The position numbers and the translations under genes were made by a program. Positions 8,621-17,629 of a DNA stretch of 64,000 bases are shown here, one piece after another. Source of the DNA: a virus; the IMG/VR virus record IMGVR_UViG_3300033977_000098, positions 1 to 64,000 of that record. One strand, given 5' to 3'. Below the pieces are notes generated by a model. That model worked only from the letters and a program-made list of their open reading frames with translations. It was not told the DNA's origin and did no database searches. Position 1 is the stretch's first letter. Every line of letters begins with the position of its first letter.

Positions 8621-9115
8621 TTATCCTTTCATCGCCTCACGGAGTTCGAAAACAATACGCTCTTTCATTTCCGCCAAGCTCGCCCGCATGAAACTCCTCT
8701 CGGGCATGTGGACTGTATAATCACGGACAGCAAAAGTCTTGGCGCCGATTAGTTTCCCTGACCTTGTGTAGCGCATTCGGACAGCTTCTCTGGCAGGGAC
8801 AGTCCAAGAACCTCCGTACTCGTGGACACGCGCATAGAGGACAGGTCCTCCTCCGCCCAGCACGGCACCCTCGATGCGGTCACCCTTGATTTCCGCGGGC
8901 TCGACGCGAATCGAGCCGATGAGTTTACCGCTGCGCTGGTGAAGAAGGGTGGGGCTGGGCCCCGGAGGCGCCGAGAGATGCTCACGTTGGATGTGGGCCT
9001 GCAATTCGATGAGCGCCCGGTCCATCCGGACTCGCACGCCTTCGATGATGCGCGCGCCGCGCACGCGCAGGCGCTGCCCGAAATTCTCAATGTTTCCGAC
9101 TACCAGGCGAATCAT
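8621..9115 (-). CDS. HK97 gp10-like neck/tail completion protein
   Basis: RSGKLIGSI, YARVHEYGG, MPERSFMRASL. Confidence 0.8.
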   Translation of the reverse strand: MIRLVVGNIENFGQRLRVRGARIIEGVRVRMDRALIELQAHIQREHLSAPPGPSPTLLHQRSGKLIGSIRVEPAEIKGDRIEGAVLGGGGPVLYARVHEYGGSWTVPAREAVRMRYTRSGKLIGAKTFAVRDYTVHMPERSFMRASLAEMKERIVFELREAMKG

Positions 9116-9987
9116 GCCAACGCCAGTTGCGTGTAATTGACGATGATCTTCTCGTCTTCAGGCTCAATGTCGAAGTCGCGATAGCTGACTGTGCCTGCGC
9201 CCTGGGCAAGTGCTTGACTCTTCTGCCCGATCCATTGCCGCGTCTTGTAATTCTTTGCCACGACGCGGCGGCACGCGAGCTCGAGGTCATAAGGTGTGGA
9301 TGTGAAGCCTGCCTGATAAACGACTTCGATGTTGAGTACACCTTTCTGGAATGACAGTCCGGCCGACCCGCCCCACAGTCCCCACGCCATCGTGGTGTTG
9401 TAAAAATTGGGTCCGCCGATTCCGGCTCCTGAGCGGAGACGCAAGCTCTTGCCGTCGGGCGCGATGACCCAGCCCGCTTGGTTCAACGAGGCTGACTGTG
9501 TGATCGTGTTGCCGTTGATCGTGAGGGAACTGACGCTTTGAATCGGCGTCTGCCGGAGGAAAAGCTGATTCGAGCCGTTGCCGTCATACCATTCCGTGTA
9601 AGCCTGCGGAGCCACCAGCGGAGAGGCGGCAGGAACATCACCGTTCGAGGGGAGCCGGCCGGTGCGCCACAAAAAGAACAGTGATGCCGCCGTGATGCAA
9701 TCCTGGATCATTTCGTCTTCGCACAGGCCGCCATCCTGCCAAGTGACGTTGCCATCTGTGGTCTGCCCCCCATTCTCATTCCAGGTAGGCGCAGTCCCGC
9801 CCGACTGGCCATTGCCCGTGATGCCGACAACGGTTTGCAGATGGCCCGTACCGCCCGAGCTGGCATCATTGATTTGGGAGGGAGGGCTCAGCGTGTAAAC
9901 CGTATTCTTCGTCCAGGAAGGCAGCACGGCGCTTTGCAGCCATGCTTTGACTCGGGCTAAAGACGTTAAATCTATAGCGTTAGACAT
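9112..9987 (-). CDS. Head-tail adaptor with an inserted carbohydrate-binding-like module
   Basis: DLTSLARVKAWL, EWYDGNG..L.LRQTPI, NIEVVYQAGF..PYDLELAC; insert WTKNTVY...PTW..TTDGNVTW. Confidence 0.75.
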   Translation of the reverse strand: MSNAIDLTSLARVKAWLQSAVLPSWTKNTVYTLSPPSQINDASSGGTGHLQTVVGITGNGQSGGTAPTWNENGGQTTDGNVTWQDGGLCEDEMIQDCITAASLFFLWRTGRLPSNGDVPAASPLVAPQAYTEWYDGNGSNQLFLRQTPIQSVSSLTINGNTITQSASLNQAGWVIAPDGKSLRLRSGAGIGGPNFYNTTMAWGLWGGSAGLSFQKGVLNIEVVYQAGFTSTPYDLELACRRVVAKNYKTRQWIGQKSQALAQGAGTVSYRDFDIEPEDEKIIVNYTQLALA

Positions 9988-10516
9988 TCATCTCTTCTTT
10001 TACCCGCAGTATTTGGTTCGTCGTCCAGTCAGAAACCGCCTTCAATTCGAAAGCAGTTGCGTTTCTTTTTATCGAATTCGCCCGGAAAGAGATGACGGCA
10101 ACATTGCCAGGAACGTATCCAAGCTCTGGGATGATTTTATCGATGGATGGACGTGAATCGACTATCGATCCATCGAGTTTTATTCCCAGGACTGGACAGA
10201 ACTTAGGGATTAGGGCCGCCAGATATTCTTCCGTGATGGTGAATGCAAAATTTTCTTTTTTTGCCCTGGCCTTTGCATGTTGCCACATGATTCTAGCCGG
10301 TCTGATCCTCGCCAAGTTTTCGTCTCTGTGTTTTCGTGCTTGCTTCACCTCTGGTTTCGCATGATAATCGCGGTTATAGTTAGCCTGACACGAACGGCAG
10401 AGCGTTTGTCGTCCACGTTTCTTCCTTGCGAATTCCGAGAGGGGCTTCGGACCGCATCCGCTGCAAATTCTGCTTTCCTTTCCTGGTATATCATTACTGA
10501 ACGGAGCCGGACACAT
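9980..10516 (-). CDS. HNH-type homing endonuclease
   Basis: CxxC..CRSC Zn motifs; CPVLG..PSIDKIIPELGYVPGNVAVIS..AN. Confidence 0.8.
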   Translation of the reverse strand: MCPAPFSNDIPGKESRICSGCGPKPLSEFARKKRGRQTLCRSCQANYNRDYHAKPEVKQARKHRDENLARIRPARIMWQHAKARAKKENFAFTITEEYLAALIPKFCPVLGIKLDGSIVDSRPSIDKIIPELGYVPGNVAVISFRANSIKRNATAFELKAVSDWTTNQILRVKEEMNV

Positions 10517-10533
10517 CTTTACCTCTCGTTGTC

Positions 10534-11790
10534 TTAGACATAGGTGTACCAAATCGTCGTCTCGGGAGCGATTTGAGCCCCCGTAACGCACTCATCGACG
10601 GCCTGGCGCACGCTCGGCCAGTTTTCCGCGTAGTCGTGCCCGCAGAGCAATCCACCAGGCGCCAACCGGCCGCGCCAGGTTTCGATGTCGCGTTTCAGCT
10701 CGTCATATTCGTGGCTGCCGTCCAAAAATACCATATCGGGACCGTGCGGAGCGGTTAAGCATTCCGTAGCTTCTGCAGGACAGGCTTCAAGAACAGCGAC
10801 CGCATGGTCTGACCGTTGCGGGCGCACCTTACCATTCAAATTCTCCATATTGACGAGGAAGCGGTCGAAGAGTACGGCGCGATCGGCGGCAGAAAGCGTT
10901 GCATCGCGTGGCCCGTTCCAATCGTCGATCGCATGAACGTGCCCCGGCGTGTTGTCGCCGAGGACGCGCGTGGATCTTCCGAGATAACTGCCGATTTCCA
11001 CGATACATTGATGCGCCCTGGCTTGTTTGCCCAACCATGCCAACTCGGTTTCTTCCATCCAGCCGTCAATCTGAATGGCGCGTTCGAGGTTAACGCCGGG
11101 ATACGTGCGGGCCCGCCACCGCTTCCACGGCAGGCTCTCTTTGGGAAGCTCGTGGACCTTCCCCGTACCGATATCACAGTGCAAACACAACACGGAACTG
11201 TCCACCAAGATCCGGCATCCCGCTTCGTGGAGCTTCTGGCAGAAGTATAGGTCCTCCCAGGTTTCCAGGTTGTATTTCACCCCGCCCCACGTGACTGGCT
11301 TTTTCTCGAAAGTGAAATAGGGCTTGGCGAGCTTGTCAAACACGCTCATGCGGATGAGGGCGCAGCCCAAGCCGATCTCTTCGACTTCGAAAGTATCGCT
11401 CACCGTCCAGTCCCAAAAAGGTCCGTCCCCGGCTTTTTTGAAGACGACCGGCGCCGGCGGGTCCTGCTTCGACACATAGATTCCCGAGACCACGTCAATC
11501 TCCGGGTGATTCTCGAGATCATAAATGAGGCGCACTAGGCCGTGGACGGGAGGCACCGTGTCGTCGTCCACAAAGTAGAGGAGGCGGCAGTTCGCAGATT
11601 GCGCAGCTTCTACCATCTCGTTACGCGCAATGTCCGTGCGCTTGCCGACCGTATGAAACCGCAGGATATAAAAATTGGGTGGGTCAGGAAGGCCAGGAAC
11701 GGAAAGTGCCCACTGGTAGGGAACCGGACGGCCGGACAAAGGGACGCAGAAAGCTAATCCGCGCCGCACTTTGTCCGGGTAAACATGCAT
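10534..11790 (-). CDS. GT2-like glycosyltransferase fused to a class I SAM methyltransferase (Methyltransf_24-like)
   Basis: ARN..FVDDD..GLGCALI..EDLYFC; VEIGSYLGRST..DMVFLDGSHEY..PGGLLCGHDY. Confidence 0.85.
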   Translation of the reverse strand: MHVYPDKVRRGLAFCVPLSGRPVPYQWALSVPGLPDPPNFYILRFHTVGKRTDIARNEMVEAAQSANCRLLYFVDDDTVPPVHGLVRLIYDLENHPEIDVVSGIYVSKQDPPAPVVFKKAGDGPFWDWTVSDTFEVEEIGLGCALIRMSVFDKLAKPYFTFEKKPVTWGGVKYNLETWEDLYFCQKLHEAGCRILVDSSVLCLHCDIGTGKVHELPKESLPWKRWRARTYPGVNLERAIQIDGWMEETELAWLGKQARAHQCIVEIGSYLGRSTRVLGDNTPGHVHAIDDWNGPRDATLSAADRAVLFDRFLVNMENLNGKVRPQRSDHAVAVLEACPAEATECLTAPHGPDMVFLDGSHEYDELKRDIETWRGRLAPGGLLCGHDYAENWPSVRQAVDECVTGAQIAPETTIWYTYV

Positions 11791-11857
11791 TCATGGCCTC
11801 GCGCGGCCTTTTGGCCGCGTAGTGTATCTCAGCGGCGCTTCCCGGCAAACCATAGCT

Positions 11858-12376
11858 TTAGGAGAACGTGATGCCGGTGGCCGCGTCCACAAGGTACCAC
11901 AGACCGCTGTACGCGCGCAATGTGAAGCTGGCGCCGGCATTGCCGCTGAACGTAGCCGTGCGCCGCACTCCCGTGGCGCCCACGATCAGCTTACCGGCCG
12001 CTGTCGTGACGGTGTGACTGTATCCGCCCACGTCCTGCACGGTGACCGTTTTCATGTCGTCCGTCCCGGGCGTCGGCGTGGCCAGGGTCGTAGCGTCGGC
12101 GGCGGTGGCCGCAATCAAGTTGACGCCGGGGTACGTGATGGCATCGCCCGTGCCGCTCAGGACGACTTTGGGCGGCATCGTTGCGCCCTGAAAGATGGGG
12201 CTCTGCGTGCCGTTGTTGATGCCGTTCTGAAAGCAGGCCGCTTCCAGGTTGGCAACGCGAATAAAGAAGTCCGTCTCGGTGTTCGCGAGGATGTTTACGC
12301 ACACCTCGCGCGGCCCCACATACTCCCACCGGAGATTCAGTACATCTTCGAGTTTCTTCAGGCGCTTTTCGTTCAT
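11858..12376 (-). CDS. Putative head decoration/virion protein
   Basis: Thr/Ala/Gly-rich beta protein just downstream of the capsid gene. Confidence 0.5.
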   Translation of the reverse strand: MNEKRLKKLEDVLNLRWEYVGPREVCVNILANTETDFFIRVANLEAACFQNGINNGTQSPIFQGATMPPKVVLSGTGDAITYPGVNLIAATAADATTLATPTPGTDDMKTVTVQDVGGYSHTVTTAAGKLIVGATGVRRTATFSGNAGASFTLRAYSGLWYLVDAATGITFS

Positions 12377-13011
12377 GTCTGTCCTCCAAATAGGAATTTC
12401 AATTGCTCACTTTCGTCGCTGCCATTCTCAGCGCGCGCCGGAAACCGCCGCGCGACCAAGCGGCACAGCGCGATGAACTGCTCCTGGGAAAGCTCGAACT
12501 TCATTTTGTTGATCGCCGGGTTGCAGGGCACGCAGTTCTCGAGCGTATAGCCTTTCGTGCTGTCCACACGGTCGATGCCGTTGTACACATATAGATCGCC
12601 TGACTTCGTCCTAAATACGTGCGCCGGTGCGAGTCCCGAATAATAGCATGGCGAACCCGTCAGGCGTCGGAAGTCCTCGTCTGTGATCTCCCAGGCAATG
12701 TTCCTTGCGCGTGCGTTCTGCTTGTACTGGCGAATGAGGTCGCGAAATGCTACGTCCTTCCGATGAGTTCCCGCACGAAGCGGGTTAAGTTGAGCGATCC
12801 GCTTTCCTTGCTGGACGTGATAATCGTGGGCGAGACATCCACAGCTCTGGGTCAGCCCAAGCTGAAGGTTCACACCCTTGACGATGCATTTGTTCCGGCA
12901 CTCGCACTCACATTCCCACAGCGTAAAGTGTCGCTTGTTGATCCCGGCGAAGCCTACGACCGTGAGTCTTCCAAATTTCTTGCCTCTTAGCTCCAGCCGA
13001 TGCATAACCAC
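12373..13011 (-). CDS. HNH homing endonuclease
   Basis: GKKFGRLTV..WECECEC..SCGC; CYYSG..NGIDRVDSTKGYTLENCVPCN..N. Confidence 0.88.
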   Translation of the reverse strand: MVMHRLELRGKKFGRLTVVGFAGINKRHFTLWECECECRNKCIVKGVNLQLGLTQSCGCLAHDYHVQQGKRIAQLNPLRAGTHRKDVAFRDLIRQYKQNARARNIAWEITDEDFRRLTGSPCYYSGLAPAHVFRTKSGDLYVYNGIDRVDSTKGYTLENCVPCNPAINKMKFELSQEQFIALCRLVARRFPARAENGSDESEQLKFLFGGQT

Positions 13012-13051
13012 CCCGTAGGTGATTATACACCATCCCGCGCACTAATTATAT

Positions 13052-14596
13052 CTAACTCGAACCAATCCCCGTAAGTACCCCGAGGCCGAACGGGATGTAG
13101 TGCTGCAACGTTTCAAAGGCGTACACCCCGACCTGGTGCTGCAAACGGACATACGGCCAGCGGATCGAGAAGTGGTCCTCAAGCGTTGCAATGCGCCGCA
13201 CCGCCGGGATGGCGTTGCCAGCCGCCGGATAAGGGTTGTTGATAAGATCGGCAAGGATCACGCCCTGGGGAATCCAGGGGTGGGTCTGCACGTCGAGCTG
13301 CTTCATCTGCCCCGGCCCGTACTTCGAGCGGTAGGCCACGGCAAACGTGCCGCCCACGACGCGGCCGGCCGTATCTTGCTCCAGGAAGACCCGCATCACG
13401 TTGTTGGCGACGCCGGCCCCCAGAACCTTCTTCGAGAAGGCGTCGATCAGCGTGCCCCCGAGCCAGAACTTGTCGGGCGTGATCTTGTAGTTCAACCAGA
13501 AGTAGTCCATCATTGCTTCGATTTCGACGATGGTGCCGTCGCCGTTCGCGGTCATGTTAGCGCCGCCCAAGTCTTTCCAGTAGGACGGCTTGGTGGCGCT
13601 GGCATAAGTCGCTGCCCAAGCGAACAGGCCGGTGAAGTCCAGGCTGTTGGCCGAGCAGTCGTTGGCCAGAAGGCTGGTGTGGTTCGGCGCGTCCGCCGCC
13701 TGATTGGTCGTAGTCGGCGTGGTGGTGACGGTGAGCGTCGGCGCAGAAGTCTGCGCGTAGAAGTAGCACTGGGAGATAGGCAGCGCGCTTGACCCGGAGC
13801 CTGTCCCGATGAACCAGGCGTAACCCAAGGCGCCAGCCACGGGCGTGACGGAGACCGTGCAGGATGGGCTCCCACTGCTGGCGAGCTGGGTGCTAGCCAC
13901 GCCCGTGGAGAGAGCCGACGTCCCGCCGTTGATCGTGTCCGTCGAGCCATCCGCGTTCTGGCGCGTGTACGGCAATGCCACGCCGGTCGCACTGCACATC
14001 ACGACGCCCCAACCCGTCAGTGCCACGCAATACGCGGTAACATACTGGCTTTGCAGGGCGGTGGTGGTGCCGCCGGTGGCGTTCGGGGTCAGCGTGGGGG
14101 TGGGTCCGGACCCCAACTGAAATCCATTGCCCCCACTGCCATCATTGCCGAATAGGATAGCCCGCTCCTCATCGTTCAAGAGCGCGTTGAGCAGCGAGAC
14201 TTGGGCCAGGCCGATGTTGTCCTCGAACCCCAAGCCCATTTGCTGCGCAGCGAAGCTGACTTGAGTGTCCTTGCCGAGGAACTTGTAGTTCGCTGCGTAG
14301 TTCTTCTCGGTGATCTGCATGACCGCGTTGCGGTTCCCTTCTGAGAGCATGGGATAGCCGCCTTGGTCTATGGCCGTCACCGCTTTCCAGTTCACCGCCT
14401 GGCCTCCGATAATCATGCCGTTGAAGGTGGGCTGATAGCGGGGGATGCTCGCCAACAGCGGGTAGATGACGGGGTAAATCGTCTTCGCGGTCGGCTCCAG
14501 GTAGTAGAAGTTCAGGCCGGTAACGCTGGAAATTCCGGTCGTGGTCGCATCCTTGCGCAGCGTTTGGATGGTCTTCAAGACATCTTCGAGTTGCAT
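13052..14596 (-). CDS. Major capsid protein
   Basis: 514 aa directly after the protease/scaffold; LEPTAKTIYPV..PLLASIPR; C-terminal GLGVLTGI. Confidence 0.8.
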   Translation of the reverse strand: MQLEDVLKTIQTLRKDATTTGISSVTGLNFYYLEPTAKTIYPVIYPLLASIPRYQPTFNGMIIGGQAVNWKAVTAIDQGGYPMLSEGNRNAVMQITEKNYAANYKFLGKDTQVSFAAQQMGLGFEDNIGLAQVSLLNALLNDEERAILFGNDGSGGNGFQLGSGPTPTLTPNATGGTTTALQSQYVTAYCVALTGWGVVMCSATGVALPYTRQNADGSTDTINGGTSALSTGVASTQLASSGSPSCTVSVTPVAGALGYAWFIGTGSGSSALPISQCYFYAQTSAPTLTVTTTPTTTNQAADAPNHTSLLANDCSANSLDFTGLFAWAATYASATKPSYWKDLGGANMTANGDGTIVEIEAMMDYFWLNYKITPDKFWLGGTLIDAFSKKVLGAGVANNVMRVFLEQDTAGRVVGGTFAVAYRSKYGPGQMKQLDVQTHPWIPQGVILADLINNPYPAAGNAIPAVRRIATLEDHFSIRWPYVRLQHQVGVYAFETLQHYIPFGLGVLTGIGSS

Positions 14597-14686
14597 CGTA
14601 GTCTCCTTACGTGCGCGTGCTCCTCGCGCCCGGAATTATTCAGTTCATGGCCATATATGGCCACAGAGAGCCATATATGTCGAACA

Positions 14687-17224
14687 TTACCGCCCGAGCA
14701 GAGCCGCCGCCGGACTGTTCGGCGCCATCAGATGTGCGGGAACAGGCCCGGCCTTGATGAGCCGCGCGAGCTTCAGTTTGGCGTCGATATCGCCCTGCGT
14801 GAGTCCTTTCACAACGTCGTCCTTCGTGGGCTGTGCCGCGTTGGCACCTGGCGGCACTGCGCCCGTGTCGTTTTCCTTCGGCCCGGCAGGGTGCGTGACG
14901 GGCGGCGCCGCCTTGACCAGAACTTGTGTGCGATCACCGATCCCGGGCGCCGTACCGCCCGTATTCTCGGGCTCGCCGTACATGGCGATGAAGATTTTGT
15001 TCATGTCTTCCAAGCTCTGCTCGCGCGATTTGGCCAGCTTTTCGTCGAGCAGCTTCACCACGTCTTCCAGAGTGAACGCTTTGTCATTCGGATGCGCCTG
15101 GCCCGGATATGCGCCCTGGGTGCCGCCGCCGACCGAAGTCGGGGCCGGACCTGCGCCCGCGACATCGACGCCGCTGATCGTCTTGCTCGCATCGACGCTG
15201 GCACTCGCGCTCGCGCTCTCCGAAACGCTGGCGCTGCCCACGGCCTTCAAGACGCGATTAATGATGCCAGTGCAGCCGTCCATGTGACCCTTGGCCAACG
15301 CGACCGCCCGGGAATGGTGCGCCTTGTGCATCGTACCCAGCACTCGCAGGAGATCGCCAGCACTGCGCGCCTTAGCCAATTCTTCCTGTGCCACTTTTTC
15401 AAGCTGTTCGAATTCTTCCATGGTTTTGTTCTCCTTTGCGGCCAGTGCGGCCTTTTCTGCCTGAAGTGCTTCCAGTTCGCGCGTTTCCAGTTCGACTAAA
15501 CTCGTCATGCAGCCGATGGACTTATCGAGGAGCGCGGCCACATCTTCCGGATTGTCGCCCTCTTCTGCCGCCGCTGCCTTCAGAAACTCGACGGTGTCGT
15601 GGACCTCAGCAAGCTGCTCGGCTGTCCATTCGGCGGCCTTGCTCATGTCGGGCTCCATGAGGAATTGATACGCCAGGGCGATCTTCTTGGCTTCAGCGGA
15701 AACCTCAATCCCGAACTTCTTGGCGGCCGCCCGAATACGCGCCAGCACCTTCGACTCTTGCTCGGAAGGAATGCCTTTATGCTGTCCCCAGCGCGCCAAG
15801 GCGTTCCGCACGTGCGCGGCATCGTGAATCGGATACTTCCACGTCGCGATGTCGTCGGGGTCCCCGACATAGGCGAAGTCAGAGGCGTGCAGGTCTTTCC
15901 CACCCTTCCGTTTCGTCTTGCCCGCTTTGGTGAGTGCTTCCCAGGCTTTGAGTGCGGCGGTTTCCGGGAGCGGCTTTTCGAGAGCCACGCTGGCTGGGTC
16001 GCGCAAGTCCGTCTTGCAGCATTCCGCCTGCGCCGTGGCAAGTGACGTGTCGCTCAATTCTTTTCCGCACTTCGCGCAGTAAACGGCTTCGCGCTTTCTT
16101 ACCTTAGCGATGAGCGCCTCGACGCGCGCCAAGTCCATGCCGACAGCTTCAGGGGCCATGTGAGCCCCCACGATTGCCGCTAAATCGGCTTTGCCAACTT
16201 CTTCATAGGTCTGCCGGACCTCGATGGGATCTCCGAAGGTGATCTCGCCATCCTTGCCCATCTTGTAAGGGATTTTGTAGGTCTTGCTGTCGCAGTCCAC
16301 ATAGACTTCGGCGTCCGTGAAGTCGCGCATCCAGCAATACTTACCGCTAGGCGCCCCCATGTCCATGCCCGACCGTGGGTTGTACTTGTCGCTCACCGCG
16401 TCGCGCAGCACGCGCTCTTTCTGTTCGTGGGTCAACTCTTCAGCCTTGATGAATTCAGCTTTCAGTGCTGCTTTGATGCCCGCAGCGGCGCATTTGGGGC
16501 ACATGGTTTCGCTGCCCACGGCCTTGAACGTCTTGCCGCATTTGGAGCATTTCGTATCGCCGGTGGGCGCAGGCTGAATTGTGCCGTCAGGTCCGACCGT
16601 AACGCCGCTTCCTGGAGTTTGTCCGTAGGGCGGAGGGACGACAGGCTTCGCTCCTTCCTCGGGCACCGGGGGGAGGCCCCCAACGCTAGCGACTTGCGCC
16701 TTCTTGAATTCGCGCTGTTCGCTCATGCCATTCGCCTTGACCAATTCGAAGCGCGCTTCCTTGAGACAAGGCGAGTCCACAAGAGAGATTTCGCCGGGCT
16801 TTGCCGTGTACCAGGTGTATTCGCGGGTTTGTTTCGTGGCCGGATCGGTGTACGGCGCGCGCCAAGTCTTCACGTAATTGCCGCCCTGAGAGAAGCCAGT
16901 GTAAACACCTTCCATCACCTTCTTCCAGGCGTCGTCGTCCACGACCTTGAAGCCCATGGCGATCTGTCTATTGGCATCGCGGAAGTCAATGGATTTCCCC
17001 ACTCCTGCGGCTTTGAGCTGATGCATTTCCCGCAAGGGCGCGATGGACTTTCCATCCGTGGCCTTACTAAATTCTTCATTCATGTCTTTGTAGTAGGGTA
17101 CGGTGGAGGTGTAGTGGAGAACCTCATCATCGCGGTCGGGCCGTTCGCCAGTCACGACGCCATAGACAGTGCGCGTCGCTTCGTCTACTTTGGCAAGCGG
17201 CCAGAATTTTCGGAAGTTCAACAT
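14687..17224 (-). CDS. Prohead protease/scaffold polyprotein (XkdF-like protease + DUF6582-like domain)
   Basis: VYGVVT..DRDDE, LREMHQ, GVYTGFSQGG, EISLVDSP; DFAYVG..WKYPIHDAAHVRNALARW; coiled C-terminus. Confidence 0.85.
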   Translation of the reverse strand: MLNFRKFWPLAKVDEATRTVYGVVTGERPDRDDEVLHYTSTVPYYKDMNEEFSKATDGKSIAPLREMHQLKAAGVGKSIDFRDANRQIAMGFKVVDDDAWKKVMEGVYTGFSQGGNYVKTWRAPYTDPATKQTREYTWYTAKPGEISLVDSPCLKEARFELVKANGMSEQREFKKAQVASVGGLPPVPEEGAKPVVPPPYGQTPGSGVTVGPDGTIQPAPTGDTKCSKCGKTFKAVGSETMCPKCAAAGIKAALKAEFIKAEELTHEQKERVLRDAVSDKYNPRSGMDMGAPSGKYCWMRDFTDAEVYVDCDSKTYKIPYKMGKDGEITFGDPIEVRQTYEEVGKADLAAIVGAHMAPEAVGMDLARVEALIAKVRKREAVYCAKCGKELSDTSLATAQAECCKTDLRDPASVALEKPLPETAALKAWEALTKAGKTKRKGGKDLHASDFAYVGDPDDIATWKYPIHDAAHVRNALARWGQHKGIPSEQESKVLARIRAAAKKFGIEVSAEAKKIALAYQFLMEPDMSKAAEWTAEQLAEVHDTVEFLKAAAAEEGDNPEDVAALLDKSIGCMTSLVELETRELEALQAEKAALAAKENKTMEEFEQLEKVAQEELAKARSAGDLLRVLGTMHKAHHSRAVALAKGHMDGCTGIINRVLKAVGSASVSESASASASVDASKTISGVDVAGAGPAPTSVGGGTQGAYPGQAHPNDKAFTLEDVVKLLDEKLAKSREQSLEDMNKIFIAMYGEPENTGGTAPGIGDRTQVLVKAAPPVTHPAGPKENDTGAVPPGANAAQPTKDDVVKGLTQGDIDAKLKLARLIKAGPVPAHLMAPNSPAAALLGR

Positions 17225-17244
17225 GAGCCTCCGGCACCAGACAA

Positions 17245-17273
17245 AAGTTAGGAAACCGGATTTGAGGCGTCAA
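17245..17273 (-). promoter_or_regulatory. Sigma70-like promoter for the head genes
   Basis: TTGACG-17nt-TAACTT upstream of GGAGG-ATG. Confidence 0.5.
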
Positions 17274-17300
17274 GACTTTTTTTATTGATTCCGTGGAAAA

Positions 17301-17507
17301 GTGCTATACTCGGGAGAGAGTGAAGCTATGGAGGCTTTTACCCAAATCGCTCCGCCGATACCGGAAGTCACATTTGCCGCGTGTTTGGGATGCGGTCAAA
17401 TGAAGGCTCTGAGCGATGTTTTCGACGGGACGCTCTGCGAGGCGTGCCGGATCGCCAAGGGCTTGCTGCGGCCTGACGATGCCTTACTGGAGACGGTCGC
17501 TGCATGA
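17301..17507 (+). CDS. Small Zn-finger protein, antisense to the late operon
   Basis: CLGC..CEAC; TGnTATACT near the annotated start, so the true start is probably the downstream ATG. Confidence 0.45.
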   Translation: MLYSGESEAMEAFTQIAPPIPEVTFAACLGCGQMKALSDVFDGTLCEACRIAKGLLRPDDALLETVAA

Positions 17508-17629
17508 TTCAAAACGTAGCCGGCACGACCTTGAACGCTCCCCCGTGAAACTGAACTGGCAGGCGCTCGAACCACAGCGCCGGGTCCGTTTGTCGCGTGA
17601 CCACGCGATAATCGCTCGGACCTGCGGCC

